Positions 49,915-59,938 of a stretch of 64,000 nucleotides of DNA are shown here, piece by piece. The stretch spans positions 1,184,001-1,248,000 of the forward strand of contig OZ244042.1 in NCBI GenBank assembly GCA_965215015.1, read 5' to 3'. Within the stretch, counting starts at the first letter, position 1; each line of letters begins with the position of its first letter. The DNA comes from Candidatus Poribacteria bacterium. GTDB taxonomy: Bacteria; Poribacteria; WGA-4E; PCPOR2b. The notes under the pieces are model-generated. The model saw nothing but the letters and a program-made list of their open reading frames with translations. It was not told the DNA's origin and ran no database searches. The translations under genes were made by a program, and so were the position numbers.

Positions 49915-50658
49915 ATGCCAGAAAAAAGCACAGCGTTCGCCGTGATTGGCGATCGCTACCACAATTCAGACTACATTCGGACCGCACTAGGCAAAACCCT
50001 AGTGCAGGACCTTGGACTCACCATCGACTTCACCGACGACGTGAAACTGCTTAACACAGAAACATTGCACGGCTACAAAATGCTGATTACCTTTCGAGAT
50101 GGCATGATCTGGCCCCAAGGCTACGGTGCGGCGGGATCGCTGCCGCCAAACGTGAGTGAACCACCAGTCCCAGAAGTTGAGGCGACTGCCACAGATTGGA
50201 TCACCGAGGCACAAGCGCAGGCGGTCAAAGATTTCGTCGAAGACGGCGGCGTTGCGCTATTTTATCATAACTCGACCTACATCGCTAGAGGCAATGCAAC
50301 CTTCCGCGCAGTCCTAGGGGCAGCGACCGAAGGACATCCACCGGTTCGACCGTTCAAAGTCACACTCACTGATCCGGACCACCCCATCACTCAAGGTGCT
50401 ACCGATTTCATTGTAACCGACGAACAGCACTTCATGACCTACGACGGCGATTCAGCGCACGTTTTCATGCGGAGCGTCAACGAAGATGGGCTCACACACA
50501 ACGAGCTCGGCACCTCCTGTGAGGCGGGGTGGGCATACGGCTACGGGAAGGGGCGAATCTGCTATCTTGCACCGGGCCATACCGTTGCTGCACTATGGAA
50601 TCCGGCATACGAGAAGATTCAGCAAAACGCCGTTCGATGGTTATTGAGGGAGATCTAA
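49915..50658 (+). CDS. ThuA-like (class I glutamine amidotransferase fold) protein
   Basis: GHP, HPITQG, DEQH and YGKGRICYLAPGH motifs; AGGAGG RBS. Confidence 0.85.
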   Translation: MPEKSTAFAVIGDRYHNSDYIRTALGKTLVQDLGLTIDFTDDVKLLNTETLHGYKMLITFRDGMIWPQGYGAAGSLPPNVSEPPVPEVEATATDWITEAQAQAVKDFVEDGGVALFYHNSTYIARGNATFRAVLGAATEGHPPVRPFKVTLTDPDHPITQGATDFIVTDEQHFMTYDGDSAHVFMRSVNEDGLTHNELGTSCEAGWAYGYGKGRICYLAPGHTVAALWNPAYEKIQQNAVRWLLREI

Positions 50659-50748
50659 ATAGCTCGAGTTGCTGGGGCGTGTTCAGATTTATGTGAGGCG
50701 TGCCCGTGTCGCAGGGTCGAGGGCTCCTCGCCCATGTTGTACTCTCGT

Positions 50749-51282
50749 TTATGCTATTACCTTTTGGATACAGCAAATCTCACGCAGGTTCCGGTACTTC
50801 TGCGCGTAATCCAAACCGTATCCAACGACAAAGGTATCTGTAATCTCAAAACCGACATAATCGATCGGTGTTGGCACTATTCTTTGTGCCGGTTTGTCTA
50901 AGAGGCTACACACTTTCACACTTGCAGGTTCCAACGCCTCGATCTCCGTCATGAGAAAGCTCAAGGTTTGTCCTGTCTCAACGATATCCTCCACAACCAC
51001 CACGTCCGCGTTGTAAAGGTTACCGTTTAATCCCTGAACTACCTGAACATGCCCCGACGACTCCGTTCTATCGTCATAACTTGCAAGTTGGATAAACTCG
51101 CAACGCACAGGGGTCGAGAGCGTACGGAACAAATCTGCGAAGAATAGGACTGCACCCTTAAGAACGCAGACCAGCACCGGCTCACAATTGGAGTAATCTT
51201 TGGAAATCTGTTGACCCAATTCCCGGACACGTCTTTGAATCGCTGCTTCAGAGATTAGAGTGGATTCAATTTCGATTTTCAT
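50749..51282 (-). CDS. hpt: Hypoxanthine phosphoribosyltransferase
   Basis: VLKGA, VVEDIVETGQT and FVVGYGLDY motifs; follows tilS. Confidence 0.96.
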   Translation of the reverse strand: MKIEIESTLISEAAIQRRVRELGQQISKDYSNCEPVLVCVLKGAVLFFADLFRTLSTPVRCEFIQLASYDDRTESSGHVQVVQGLNGNLYNADVVVVEDIVETGQTLSFLMTEIEALEPASVKVCSLLDKPAQRIVPTPIDYVGFEITDTFVVGYGLDYAQKYRNLREICCIQKVIA

Positions 51283-52699
51283 TGGTTTCACCAAAAGGTA
51301 AATAATTCAAATATAGCCGACGCTTTGTCTCAGGCCGGACCTTGAATGGTTCACTCGTTCGGTAGCCAACGACCCAAATAATCCCATCCCCATTCACTAG
51401 CACCGGGACCCGTCCCCGTTCCTGTCGAGGAATCTTGGCATCAATTAACAAATCCTTCAGTGTTTTTCTACCCCGCATTCCAAACGGATGAAACCGGTCC
51501 CCATCTCGCCGCTGTCGAAGCTTCAGCGGAAGTTGAAGTCGATCCAGATCAAATACAGCTTGAAATTTGCCATCGGGAAACTTATCCGCCACCGCACAGT
51601 TGATTGGGTGATCTATAACGGTAGCAATCATCTCCGCATCTAATAGTGGCAGCGCGGTGTGCCCCGGCACCGCAACCTCATATTCAAATGGAGCCCGACC
51701 GTTTGTCGATTTCTGGATAAGGATATGGTCATATTCCCGGCGGAACTCCACCCTATTAGGCAGATGCAAAGTGCTATTCGGTGCTTCTCCGTCGATCAAA
51801 TTCAACATTGATTCAAAATGATTAAAATAAAAATCTCTAACCTCTCCTAAAACTTCCGCGACAGCCAGACGCAGGATTCGGCGGCGCAAGGCGAGATGAT
51901 ATTCTCGAAATAAACACCGACCCAAAACAATAGTATCAGGCGTGTAAGATTCTACCCGGCACGCTTGGAACGCCTCATGAGCGAGAGCCTCCAGATAATC
52001 CGATTCGGCACGCAACAATTCAGCTGTCTGATTCAAGGTGTTCTGGAGATTAGAGTTATAAGTGCGCTCTAAGACGGGGATGAGTTCTAAGCGGATCCGA
52101 TTGCGGAGATAGTTGAGTTGATAATTTGTAGCGTCACAGCGCGGTTCTAATCCAAGCTGCGTCACAAAATCCTCAATCTGTTTTCGTGAAAAAGCGAGCA
52201 AGGGGCGGATGAACTTGCCTTCCCTCACCGGAAGCATCCCTTTTAACCCGGACGCACCCGCTCCACGCAATAGGTGTATCAAGACCGTTTCCGCCTGATC
52301 ATCACGGTGATGTCCCAACGCAATCTTCGCCGCCCCAATCCGCTCAGAGATGCATTCGTAGAACTGATGCCGTGCTCGTCGTGCTGCCACTTCAGTTGAG
52401 AGTTTCTGTTCCCGCATCAATTGCGGCACGTCAATCCTAGCTCTTGAAATTGGAACCCCCAAGCAATCCGCCTGCTTTGCCACATACGCCGCATCCGCAG
52501 CCGAATCCTCCCGGAAACCGTGATCCAGGTGAGCAACATGAAGTTGACAATCGAGTTGATGTCGTAGGGCGTGCAAGGCGTAAAATAGGGCAAGTGAATC
52601 AACGCCACCAGAAACACCGACAAGCACTGTCTCCTTTGGTTGAATCATCTGATGTTCAGTAATAAAGCGGTAGGTGCATTGCACAAAGCGAGCGACCAT
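51266..52699 (-). CDS. tilS: tRNA(Ile)-lysidine synthetase
   Basis: SGGVDS, HHRDDQAET, RPLL and RNRIR motifs; TilS_C domain. Confidence 0.96.
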   Translation of the reverse strand: MVARFVQCTYRFITEHQMIQPKETVLVGVSGGVDSLALFYALHALRHQLDCQLHVAHLDHGFREDSAADAAYVAKQADCLGVPISRARIDVPQLMREQKLSTEVAARRARHQFYECISERIGAAKIALGHHRDDQAETVLIHLLRGAGASGLKGMLPVREGKFIRPLLAFSRKQIEDFVTQLGLEPRCDATNYQLNYLRNRIRLELIPVLERTYNSNLQNTLNQTAELLRAESDYLEALAHEAFQACRVESYTPDTIVLGRCLFREYHLALRRRILRLAVAEVLGEVRDFYFNHFESMLNLIDGEAPNSTLHLPNRVEFRREYDHILIQKSTNGRAPFEYEVAVPGHTALPLLDAEMIATVIDHPINCAVADKFPDGKFQAVFDLDRLQLPLKLRQRRDGDRFHPFGMRGRKTLKDLLIDAKIPRQERGRVPVLVNGDGIIWVVGYRTSEPFKVRPETKRRLYLNYLPFGETNENRN

Positions 52700-52774
52700 G
52701 ACAGCATCTCGAATTGGATCCCAATCTTATCGGGGGTGAACACATTTCAGATTACGGGTAGATCTTATCAATCA

Positions 52775-52801
52775 AAAATAAAAAAGCCGCACTAGGCGGC
52801 T
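52775..52801 (-). terminator. Intrinsic terminator after the tRNA cluster
   Basis: AGCCGC-ctagt-GCGGCT followed by a U-tract on the minus strand. Confidence 0.75.
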
Positions 52802-52818
52802 AAATGATGGCTTGTGAG

Positions 52819-52890
52819 TGCCGGTGTGGAGAGTTGAACTCCAGACAGCACGATTATGAGTCGTGTGCTCTACCACTGAGCTACACCGGC
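52819..52890 (-). tRNA. tRNA-Met(CAT), probably elongator
   Basis: GCCGGTGTAGCTCAG...CTCATAA anticodon loop...GTTCAACTC; paired 1:72; G4/G5 acceptor stem. Confidence 0.9.
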
Positions 52891-52961
52891 ATAAGAAAAA
52901 AGGGAAATGCACCTGAAAAAGCACATTTCCCATAGGCTTTCCTGCCTCCAATAGAACCAAA

Positions 52962-53038
<77 letters not shown>

Positions 53039-53053
53039 CCAAGATTTAGAAAA

Positions 53054-53141
53054 TGGTGGGCGAGGAGGGATTTGAACCCTCACACCCATTTACGGGCGAT
53101 GGATTTTAAGTCCATTGTGTCTGCCATTCCACCACTCGCCC
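53054..53141 (-). tRNA. tRNA-Leu(TAA)
   Basis: Anticodon loop CTTAAAA, long variable arm, encoded CCA. Confidence 0.95.
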
Positions 53142-53174
53142 GCGGCAAGGAGGCATTGAATTTCAGCGAACCCT

Positions 53175-53203
53175 ATTGTAATAGATCCCCTCGGATTTGT
53201 CAA
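53175..53203 (-). promoter_or_regulatory. Sigma70 promoter of the tRNA Leu-fMet-Met cluster
   Basis: TTGACA-17 bp-TACAAT on the minus strand. Confidence 0.8.
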
Positions 53204-53534
53204 GGTTTTTTTCTAAATTTACTAGGATCATTTAGTTGAGAGGAGCTCATAATAATTGCCTGAATAGCGGATTAAGCAGATTCCGCGGATTCTTGTCTGA
53301 GTCAGGAGGCTCAGGATTGAAGGACTCACAGGATTATCGATTTCTCTTTGCGTTTGAGACCTGCTTTTCTATGAACCTCGTGTGGAGAATGAACTAGAAT
53401 AAACTAATGAACAAATACTCTTCACGTTTCATGACGTTTCATGTTTTTTAGAGTTGACTTTCGCATGCCAGCATGGCATACTTTTTCCCTAGGGATCCAT
53501 CCAATTTTCCAATGAGAAGGAGTAACGACCGCTT

Positions 53535-54290
53535 ATGGAACTTACCTACGCACAAAAACAGGAAATCTTTAAGAACGGGTTCGTCAAGGTCCCCGGCGTT
53601 GTGCCACAAGTGATGGCGGAGGCAGCCCTCCGGGCAATCAATAGCTCGGTCGGTGAAGGGATGAACGTCGATGACATGACAACTTTCCGATCTAGATCCT
53701 ACTGCCCAGAACTTCAGGGAACATCCATCATCACTGACTTGCTGAACCGGACCCCCGCATGGGAGTTAGCAGAATCAGCAATCGGGGTCGGAAGAATTAT
53801 TCGCCCAAAAGGCGGGCAAATCGCGCTCCGGTTTCCGAGCATACAGGACCCGCCGCCGAAGCCGGGCGGCCACCTTGATGGAATGCACTCACCACACAAC
53901 GGTGTCCCCAAAGGGGTGATCCGAAACTTCACAATGCTGGTAGGTGTGTACCTTAGCGATGTGCCGCATCCGTACGCCGGCAATTTCACCGTATGGCCCG
54001 GAACACACCACGTCTACGAGAAGTATTTTCAGGAACACGGTCCCGAATCGCTCCTTGAGGGAATGCCACCGGTCGAATTGCCGGAACCGCATCAAATCAC
54101 CGGGGAGCCCGGCGACGTTATTCTGGCACACTACCAGATTGCACATACCGCGGCAGCAAATGTCTCACCGCACACGCGATACGCAATCTTTTTCCGCCTT
54201 CGCCATGTCGATCACCCCGACTACCGTCCGGAATCGATGACCTCTATCTGGTTGGAGTGGGAAGGGATGCAGGATATTGTAGCGGCGTAA
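53535..54290 (+). CDS. Phytanoyl-CoA dioxygenase (PhyH) family protein
   Basis: HLDG, GNFTVWPGTH, PGDVIL.H..AH..N..R motifs. Confidence 0.87.
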   Translation: MELTYAQKQEIFKNGFVKVPGVVPQVMAEAALRAINSSVGEGMNVDDMTTFRSRSYCPELQGTSIITDLLNRTPAWELAESAIGVGRIIRPKGGQIALRFPSIQDPPPKPGGHLDGMHSPHNGVPKGVIRNFTMLVGVYLSDVPHPYAGNFTVWPGTHHVYEKYFQEHGPESLLEGMPPVELPEPHQITGEPGDVILAHYQIAHTAAANVSPHTRYAIFFRLRHVDHPDYRPESMTSIWLEWEGMQDIVAA

Positions 54291-54544
54291 TTGGGGTGTT
54301 GATTTCTACCCCTTCCATTAACACAGAAAAGCCAAGAAAACGGCAATTCTTCGTAACATTTTTGCTGTACTATTCTAACGCGATATGTTGTAGACTTTTT
54401 CCTCTCTGTATCCTCTGTATTTCAGCAGGATAATACGTAACGAGTAAGGGGTTCACTTGAAATCCTGACTCGTTATTCATCATCAACCCCATTGGTGCGA
54501 CAGGTGTATAGCAATGCTGGCAATCTAAAAAGAAGGGGTTACTC

Positions 54545-55822
54545 ATGGCAGAACAACTTGCAATCCACGGCGGAAAACCGACAATCCCGGAAGGAGTTAT
54601 CAAACCCTGGCCCCACATTACCGACGCCGATCGGCGGGCGGTGATGGAAGTACTATCCGGCGAAGGCATCAACGAACAACGCAAGATTCAATCTGAGGCG
54701 TTATCCCAAGAGTGGGCAGCATACGTCGGGCGAAAATACTGCATCCCGACCAACAGCGGCACCGCCGCACTTCATATGTGCATCGCCGCTTTGGGAATCG
54801 AGCCGGGCGACGAAGTCATAGTTCCAGCTTTTACATTTTGGGCGACAGCAGCTGCTGTTCTCCACCACAACGCTATCCCAATCTTCGTTGACATCGATCC
54901 GAAGACATTCTGCATTGACCCCACACAGATTGAAGCTAAACTCTCGGAACGCACGAAAGCAATCATCGCCGTTCACATCCACGGGATGCCAGCGGATATG
55001 GATGGAATCCTTGCGATTGCTGGGCAACATGGGCTCAAAGTTATTGAGGATGCCGCTCAAGCACACGGTTCAAAGTATAAAGGCGTGCCATGCGGTGCGA
55101 TCGGAGATGTCGCCGGTTTTAGCACCCAGATGTCAAAAACGCTGACGACAGGCAGCGAAGGCGGTCTATTCGTCACCGACGATGAGGATTACCACAAACA
55201 GGCGGCACTGCTGCAATACTTTGGCGAATTGGTTGTGCCGGGCAGAGAACGGCAGGAGCAGGAGTATAATGCTTTTGGATTAGGTTGGATGTATCGCGGC
55301 GATGTGTTCGGTCAAGCACTCATCCGCAGCCAACTCAAAAGGCTAAATACGAATAACGCCTTACGCATCCGAAACTGCAACTTTCTCACAGAACACCTCT
55401 CTAAAATCAAAAGCATCGAAACACCGTATGTCCCGCCACAGCGCGAATCTGTTTTCTATAATTATGTGGTTGGTGTCAAACCGGACGAATTGGGGCTTTC
55501 TGTCTCACCGAGAACCTTCCGCGAAAAAGTTCAAGAAGCCCTAGCCGCCGAGGGACTGCATGTCGGACAGTGGCAACGAAGGCCTGTACCGGCGCAGGAA
55601 ATCTTTCAAGCCCAGATCGGCTACGGAAAAGGATGCCCATGGACCTGCGGTCATGCCCAGCCGGTGGAATATCGAACAGAGGATTATCCCAACGCCACCG
55701 CGTTCATCGATTCGCATTTCTACCTCTTCGACGTGAATCCGCCGAATGACCTCGACCTGATGAAGTTGTATGTCGAAGCATTCGAGAAGGTAATGGATAA
55801 CCCCGATCAGTTGGTCGAATAG
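54545..55822 (+). CDS. DegT/DnrJ/EryC1/StrS PLP-dependent aminotransferase
   Basis: NSGTAALH, EDAAQAHG and FS..SK..T.SEGG motifs. Confidence 0.95.
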   Translation: MAEQLAIHGGKPTIPEGVIKPWPHITDADRRAVMEVLSGEGINEQRKIQSEALSQEWAAYVGRKYCIPTNSGTAALHMCIAALGIEPGDEVIVPAFTFWATAAAVLHHNAIPIFVDIDPKTFCIDPTQIEAKLSERTKAIIAVHIHGMPADMDGILAIAGQHGLKVIEDAAQAHGSKYKGVPCGAIGDVAGFSTQMSKTLTTGSEGGLFVTDDEDYHKQAALLQYFGELVVPGRERQEQEYNAFGLGWMYRGDVFGQALIRSQLKRLNTNNALRIRNCNFLTEHLSKIKSIETPYVPPQRESVFYNYVVGVKPDELGLSVSPRTFREKVQEALAAEGLHVGQWQRRPVPAQEIFQAQIGYGKGCPWTCGHAQPVEYRTEDYPNATAFIDSHFYLFDVNPPNDLDLMKLYVEAFEKVMDNPDQLVE

Positions 55823-55915
55823 GCGTGTAGACGAAAGGAAAGAAGGCTAGAAGGACTATGAAGAGTGGTTAACGTCTGAAGAATGTAATCCAGAAATAAC
55901 CTGAAAGGACAATTA

Positions 55916-56953
55916 ATGGACAAAATAGTAGCTTCGCCGACAAACGTTATCTTCTGCATCGGCGATGGGATGGGATTCGAGAAAGTTAAGGCAGCTAGTA
56001 TGTACGCCCATGGCATGGTAGGGGCACTCTCATTTGAAACGTTTCCCTACCAAGGCGAGGTGACGACGCACTCAGCCGACTCCCCGATGACTGATTCGGC
56101 GGCAGCTGCAACCGCCATGGCGACCGGCTCCAAGGTCAACAACGGCGTCGTCAGCACCGCTCTGCCGGGCGATGGCAGAGAGTTGTATACACTCCTAGAA
56201 TGTTTCAAAGACCAAGGTAAAAGCACAGGATTGGTTTCCACAACCTTCATCACCCACGCCACACCAGCCGCCTTCGGTGCACACGAGCCTAAACGTGGCA
56301 ATTTGGCAGAGATCGCCGAGGGATACCTAAATAAAACCCGCCCGAATGTTCTGCTCGGCGGCGGAGGCAATGGGATGGCTGAGGCGGCAGCGAAAGCAGC
56401 CGGCTACGCAGTTGTCACAAATCGGGACGAGCTCCTATCTCTGGATATCGAAAACGTCCCGCGAGTTTCAGGGCAGTTTGGCGACACAAATCTACCCTAT
56501 GAATTTGATGGACTTGGGAATTTACCGCACCTATCCGAAATGACCCTAACCGCGCTGAAGTTATTAGCGAAAAACCCAACCGGCTTTTTTTTAATGATTG
56601 AGGGGGGCAGAATCGATCATGCCGGACACTCTAACGATATTGAGCGCAATATTTACGAGACGCTTGAGTTTTCTAGAACGGTGCAAGTTGCAATTAACTG
56701 GGCAAATAAGCGGACCGACACCCTCATCGTTGTCACTGCCGACCATGAAACCGGCGGCTTGAAAGTCCTTGAAAACAAGGGCAAGGGCATTTTCCCAATC
56801 GTCTCCTGGTCCACTGGCGGTCATACAACAACAAATATCCCTGTATACGGTTGGGGGGCCAATGCAGCGTGCATCTCTGGTGTGATGGATAACACCGATT
56901 TCTTTAACGTTGTGATGCACAACCAATCCGCAGGAAAACAGGACTTACGCTAA
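55916..56953 (+). CDS. Alkaline phosphatase (PhoA family), no obvious signal peptide
   Basis: IGDGMG, TDSAAAATA, HATPAAF, EGGRIDHAGH and TADHETGG motifs. Confidence 0.93.
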   Translation: MDKIVASPTNVIFCIGDGMGFEKVKAASMYAHGMVGALSFETFPYQGEVTTHSADSPMTDSAAAATAMATGSKVNNGVVSTALPGDGRELYTLLECFKDQGKSTGLVSTTFITHATPAAFGAHEPKRGNLAEIAEGYLNKTRPNVLLGGGGNGMAEAAAKAAGYAVVTNRDELLSLDIENVPRVSGQFGDTNLPYEFDGLGNLPHLSEMTLTALKLLAKNPTGFFLMIEGGRIDHAGHSNDIERNIYETLEFSRTVQVAINWANKRTDTLIVVTADHETGGLKVLENKGKGIFPIVSWSTGGHTTTNIPVYGWGANAACISGVMDNTDFFNVVMHNQSAGKQDLR

Positions 56954-57144
56954 AAAATGTAACGTAGGGTTCCTAACCTGCGATCGGATTAGGCCTCGCT
57001 ACGCTCAACCCCCACCACTATTGGATTGCAGCTAGCATGTGTCAAAGTTATACGCATACACACTGGAAAATAGGACACGATTTTCGCAACTGAAGTGCAT
57101 AAGTGCTACCCTTTTTTGGAGCTATCACTATACTCCTAGCGGTC

Positions 57145-57184
57145 CGTACCGCCATTTTCGCGTGGAAAATGGCGGTACGTTTTT
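57145..57184 (+). terminator. Strong hairpin terminator between the convergent phosphatase gene and glnD
   Basis: CGTACCGCCATTTTC-gcgtg-GAAAATGGCGGTACG followed by T5. Confidence 0.8.
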
Positions 57185-57206
57185 CCGTGATGCCGTATCA
57201 ACCGTG

Positions 57207-59867
57207 TTACGCCCGGATAACATCACCAGATGGCGGCTTAAAAATTTCCAACTGGGCCAATGCCTCCTGAATCTTTTTTAGTCGAGTCGGATCTGTAATC
57301 TTTGCCCCATTGGTGTCCGTCAAGTAGAATGAATCCTCTGCGATGAATACCTCGGTCGTAATCTTAGCGAGACGGATATCCAAGCCTAGTTTATAAAAGG
57401 CATCCGAGATGGTGTAGAGTAGGCCCACCTGATCTTGGGTGCGGATGTCAATAATCGTTGCACGGTCCGAACCTTCATTGTCAATTCGGATCCGTGGTTG
57501 GATATAACGTCGTTGACGGCGAGAGATTGGATCCGATCCGCGTTGCTCCTGCAGCACAGCTTCCACATCAACTTCCCCGTTCCAGACCGCTGTTAACGTT
57601 CCTTCAACTTGGCGATACCGATCTAAAATTGGTCCCTTACCCGTCTGTCCATCTGTCACATTCAAGACATCGATCACAATTCCATCGCTACGCGTATTAA
57701 TCATAGCTCTCAGTATATTAATATTCTCAACTGTGAATACACCCGTAATCTGCCGGAAAATCCCCCGTGCATTGCGGGTACAGATTCCGATTTGGGTATA
57801 GCTCTGATTCTCGGCAAAGTGAGAAACAGCGATCGGATAATCCCCTAGCTTCTCAACGAGTTGAATCTGTTTGCCAATTAGGTCAGGTGACTGCGAAACC
57901 AATCCTTGGTCAGGCATTGTTTCAAAATGTCGGGCAATTGCAGCCTCTCCAACCGCTTGGCCAATCAGTTGAGTAACACGGGCTTGAAGCTCTTCAACTT
58001 TCAAGAACTCCAGCTTACCCTGCAGAAACTTAAGTGTTCGTGTGTAGAGCTGCCAAAGTAAAATCGCATTCCACTGGTTCCAAATCTCTATACTCACGGC
58101 GCGCATGTCTGCAAAAGTCAAGAGATACAACATCTTCAGATGCTGTTCATCCTGTACCAACTCCGCAAAGCGTTCAATGACTTTCGGGTCATCAAGGTCT
58201 CGCCGTTGAGCGGTGTGGAGCATATCCAAGTGCCTCAAAATGAGAAATAGCACTACTTCTTTGTCCACGGTATCCAATCCCATGCGTTCTAACGCAGCTT
58301 GTGCCATTTCAAACCCACGCTCATCATGGCCCCCCGGCCCATTGACCCCTTTGCCGACATCGTGTAATAAGATTGCCAACCGCAGCAATTCCGGTTTCTC
58401 TACCTCTTTGAGAATGTCGAGAAAAGCTTGCCCATCCTTTAACTGTGCTAGTGTTGCCTCTTCGAGATTTTCAATCGCATACAAGGTATGTTCATCGACG
58501 GTATATTGATGCGGCCGATCCGCCCGTACCAACGATCGTACCTTGCCAAATTCAGGTAGATAGCGATCCAGCACCTGCCAACGATGCATCCGGCGCAGCA
58601 CTTCAGCAACCGCCTGCGGATAACGGAGAATCGACAGGAAGCATTCGGCGACTTCAGGTGAACGCTGGAAGTTTTCATCAATGAGATGAAGATTTGCAGC
58701 AATCTGATGTCGCACATCCGCGCTAATCCGATTCCCTAGTCGCTGGCGATGTGCGAATACCTTCATAATCCGTGTGGTCTCCCCCCTAAAATCGAAATGT
58801 CCTTCCTGAAAACCGATTTCGCCTCTTACAATTGTAAATCCATCGGACAACCTTTTTGCCTGCCATCGCTCAAGCCAGCGATTTAGCAGAGATCTCTGAT
58901 GCTTCACCCGATCTATGATCAGCTTTGCAAACTCATAGAGATGCTCTGCGTGTAGATAGTAATCCCGCATCATCGTTACCTCTGCGAGGGTATGTCCATT
59001 ATCCTCGTACCCGAGATTTTTAGCGATAGTTTCTTGCACATCTAGGACGAGCTGATCACTCCCCCTTTGATTAACATAATGAAGTTCATTGCGCAACTGC
59101 CACAGAAAATTAAGTGCCTCCTCACACGACCTAGCTACTGTTCGGGGGATAATTCCTCGCCGCTCGAGCTCCCCAAGGTCTTTAACCCCAAAACGGACTG
59201 CCGCAACCCAGATGCCCGTATGAAAATCTCGCAAGCCACCGGCACTCTCCTTGATGTTCGGCTCTTGAAGATAAATCGTTGCGCCGTAAGATTCGTGACG
59301 GGCACTCCATTCCTCAATCGTTTTTGCAATGAACTTTCCTACCTGCTTCTTGAAAAAGTGCTTGGAGGTCAATCTCTGAAATTCGCGATAAACCTGCCTT
59401 GCACCGACAATGTATCGCGCTTCAAGCATTGAGGTCTTGGAGAAAATATCGTCGTAGGTCGCGCGGACACACTCCTTGAGCGATCGACAGCTATGCCCAA
59501 CCTCAAAACCGATGTCCCAGAGCGTCGTAATCAACTGGTTCGCAAACGGTTCTACTTGCCTCACGTTCAGTTCCGAAGGATTATAGACCAACATGATGTC
59601 AATGTCTGAATAGGGATTCAGTGTCTCCCGTCCATAGCCACCCAATGCGAGGATGGCTATAGGAGCATCTTCGGACAATCTGGGACCACCATCGTCCGCT
59701 TTGATTGCGGATTGATAGATGCGCTGAATCACGTTGTCTGCAAGGCGGGTATATTCTTCGACAATCTCCCTGCCGCCAATTCCGAAGCGGTGGCGGGTAT
59801 AAATGCGCTCACGTTCTTTGATACAAAAATCTTTTAGGGCTTCTACAAGTGTACGGTTGTGTTGCAT
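57207..59867 (-). CDS. glnD: [Protein-PII] uridylyltransferase
   Basis: GGYGR..SDID, EPNIKE..GGLRD, YTVDEH, LHDVGKG, two ACT domains; GGAGG RBS at 59867. Confidence 0.96.
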   Translation of the reverse strand: MQHNRTLVEALKDFCIKERERIYTRHRFGIGGREIVEEYTRLADNVIQRIYQSAIKADDGGPRLSEDAPIAILALGGYGRETLNPYSDIDIMLVYNPSELNVRQVEPFANQLITTLWDIGFEVGHSCRSLKECVRATYDDIFSKTSMLEARYIVGARQVYREFQRLTSKHFFKKQVGKFIAKTIEEWSARHESYGATIYLQEPNIKESAGGLRDFHTGIWVAAVRFGVKDLGELERRGIIPRTVARSCEEALNFLWQLRNELHYVNQRGSDQLVLDVQETIAKNLGYEDNGHTLAEVTMMRDYYLHAEHLYEFAKLIIDRVKHQRSLLNRWLERWQAKRLSDGFTIVRGEIGFQEGHFDFRGETTRIMKVFAHRQRLGNRISADVRHQIAANLHLIDENFQRSPEVAECFLSILRYPQAVAEVLRRMHRWQVLDRYLPEFGKVRSLVRADRPHQYTVDEHTLYAIENLEEATLAQLKDGQAFLDILKEVEKPELLRLAILLHDVGKGVNGPGGHDERGFEMAQAALERMGLDTVDKEVVLFLILRHLDMLHTAQRRDLDDPKVIERFAELVQDEQHLKMLYLLTFADMRAVSIEIWNQWNAILLWQLYTRTLKFLQGKLEFLKVEELQARVTQLIGQAVGEAAIARHFETMPDQGLVSQSPDLIGKQIQLVEKLGDYPIAVSHFAENQSYTQIGICTRNARGIFRQITGVFTVENINILRAMINTRSDGIVIDVLNVTDGQTGKGPILDRYRQVEGTLTAVWNGEVDVEAVLQEQRGSDPISRRQRRYIQPRIRIDNEGSDRATIIDIRTQDQVGLLYTISDAFYKLGLDIRLAKITTEVFIAEDSFYLTDTNGAKITDPTRLKKIQEALAQLEIFKPPSGDVIRA

Positions 59868-59938
59868 TGGTTTCCTCCAGTGAAGCACCGAGAGTCCACA
59901 ATCTGAAATACCGAAACTTTCGAGGGTTCGGTTGATTT

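Noticed and set aside
52819-52890. tRNA(CAT) next to tilS as a co-transcribed tRNA-Ile2 substrate
   Set aside because: The acceptor stem (G4, G5) looks like elongator Met rather than Ile2 (C4, C5), and a terminator separates it from tilS
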